A stretch of DNA of 45,691 bases. Origin: a virus (lineage: Duplodnaviria; Heunggongvirae; Uroviricota; Caudoviricetes). Position 1 is the first letter of the stretch. Each line of letters opens with the position of its first letter. The notes below the pieces were generated by a model. The model was given only the letters and a program-made list of their open reading frames with translations. It ran no database searches and had not been told where the DNA came from. Location of the stretch: IMG/VR virus record IMGVR_UViG_3300046474_000237, positions 71,469-117,159 of that record; one strand, 5' to 3'. Below are positions 45,604-45,691 of the stretch, piece by piece. The translations under genes and the position numbers were made by a program.

Positions 45604-45691
45604 CATCTTACAGGGCACTACCCTACTCCGGAAGCAGCGACCAATCTTTTTAGTCAAGCCTACAGACTAATCAGGAGAGATCGCTATGGGT

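Noticed and set aside
1-45691. tRNA, rRNA, integrase or transposase genes
   Set aside because: None was recognised by eye. A tRNAscan-SE or Infernal run would be needed to exclude small RNAs in the short intergenic gaps.

Overview
A 45.7-kb segment of a large lytic myophage with a Gram-negative host, judged from the spanins, baseplate and PAAR genes. I cannot name the phage. A long minus-strand late block (1793-33288) runs terminase large subunit, tail chaperone pair with a -1 frameshift, tape measure, hub and baseplate, a sigma70-type factor, three paralogous tail fibres, the lysis cassette, PAAR and an SGNH esterase. Two antisense homing endonucleases interrupt it. A plus-strand island (33309-40080) encodes what looks like a complete phage ubiquitin-like conjugation pathway of the PRTRC/Bub type: a head-to-tail di-Ubl precursor whose units both end in GTKG, an E2-like protein, a JAB/MPN peptidase and a ThiF/E1 enzyme. 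The two Ubl units are identical in protein over 67 aa but heavily diverged at synonymous sites, as in eukaryotic polyubiquitin genes. To the right are more minus-strand genes, a PD-(D/E)xK nuclease, a ~570-bp iteron-rich inverted repeat around an AT-rich core (probable origin), and short plus-strand units driven by a recurring TTGGTATAAG motif. All protein calls rest on motif recognition by eye. No database search was run.
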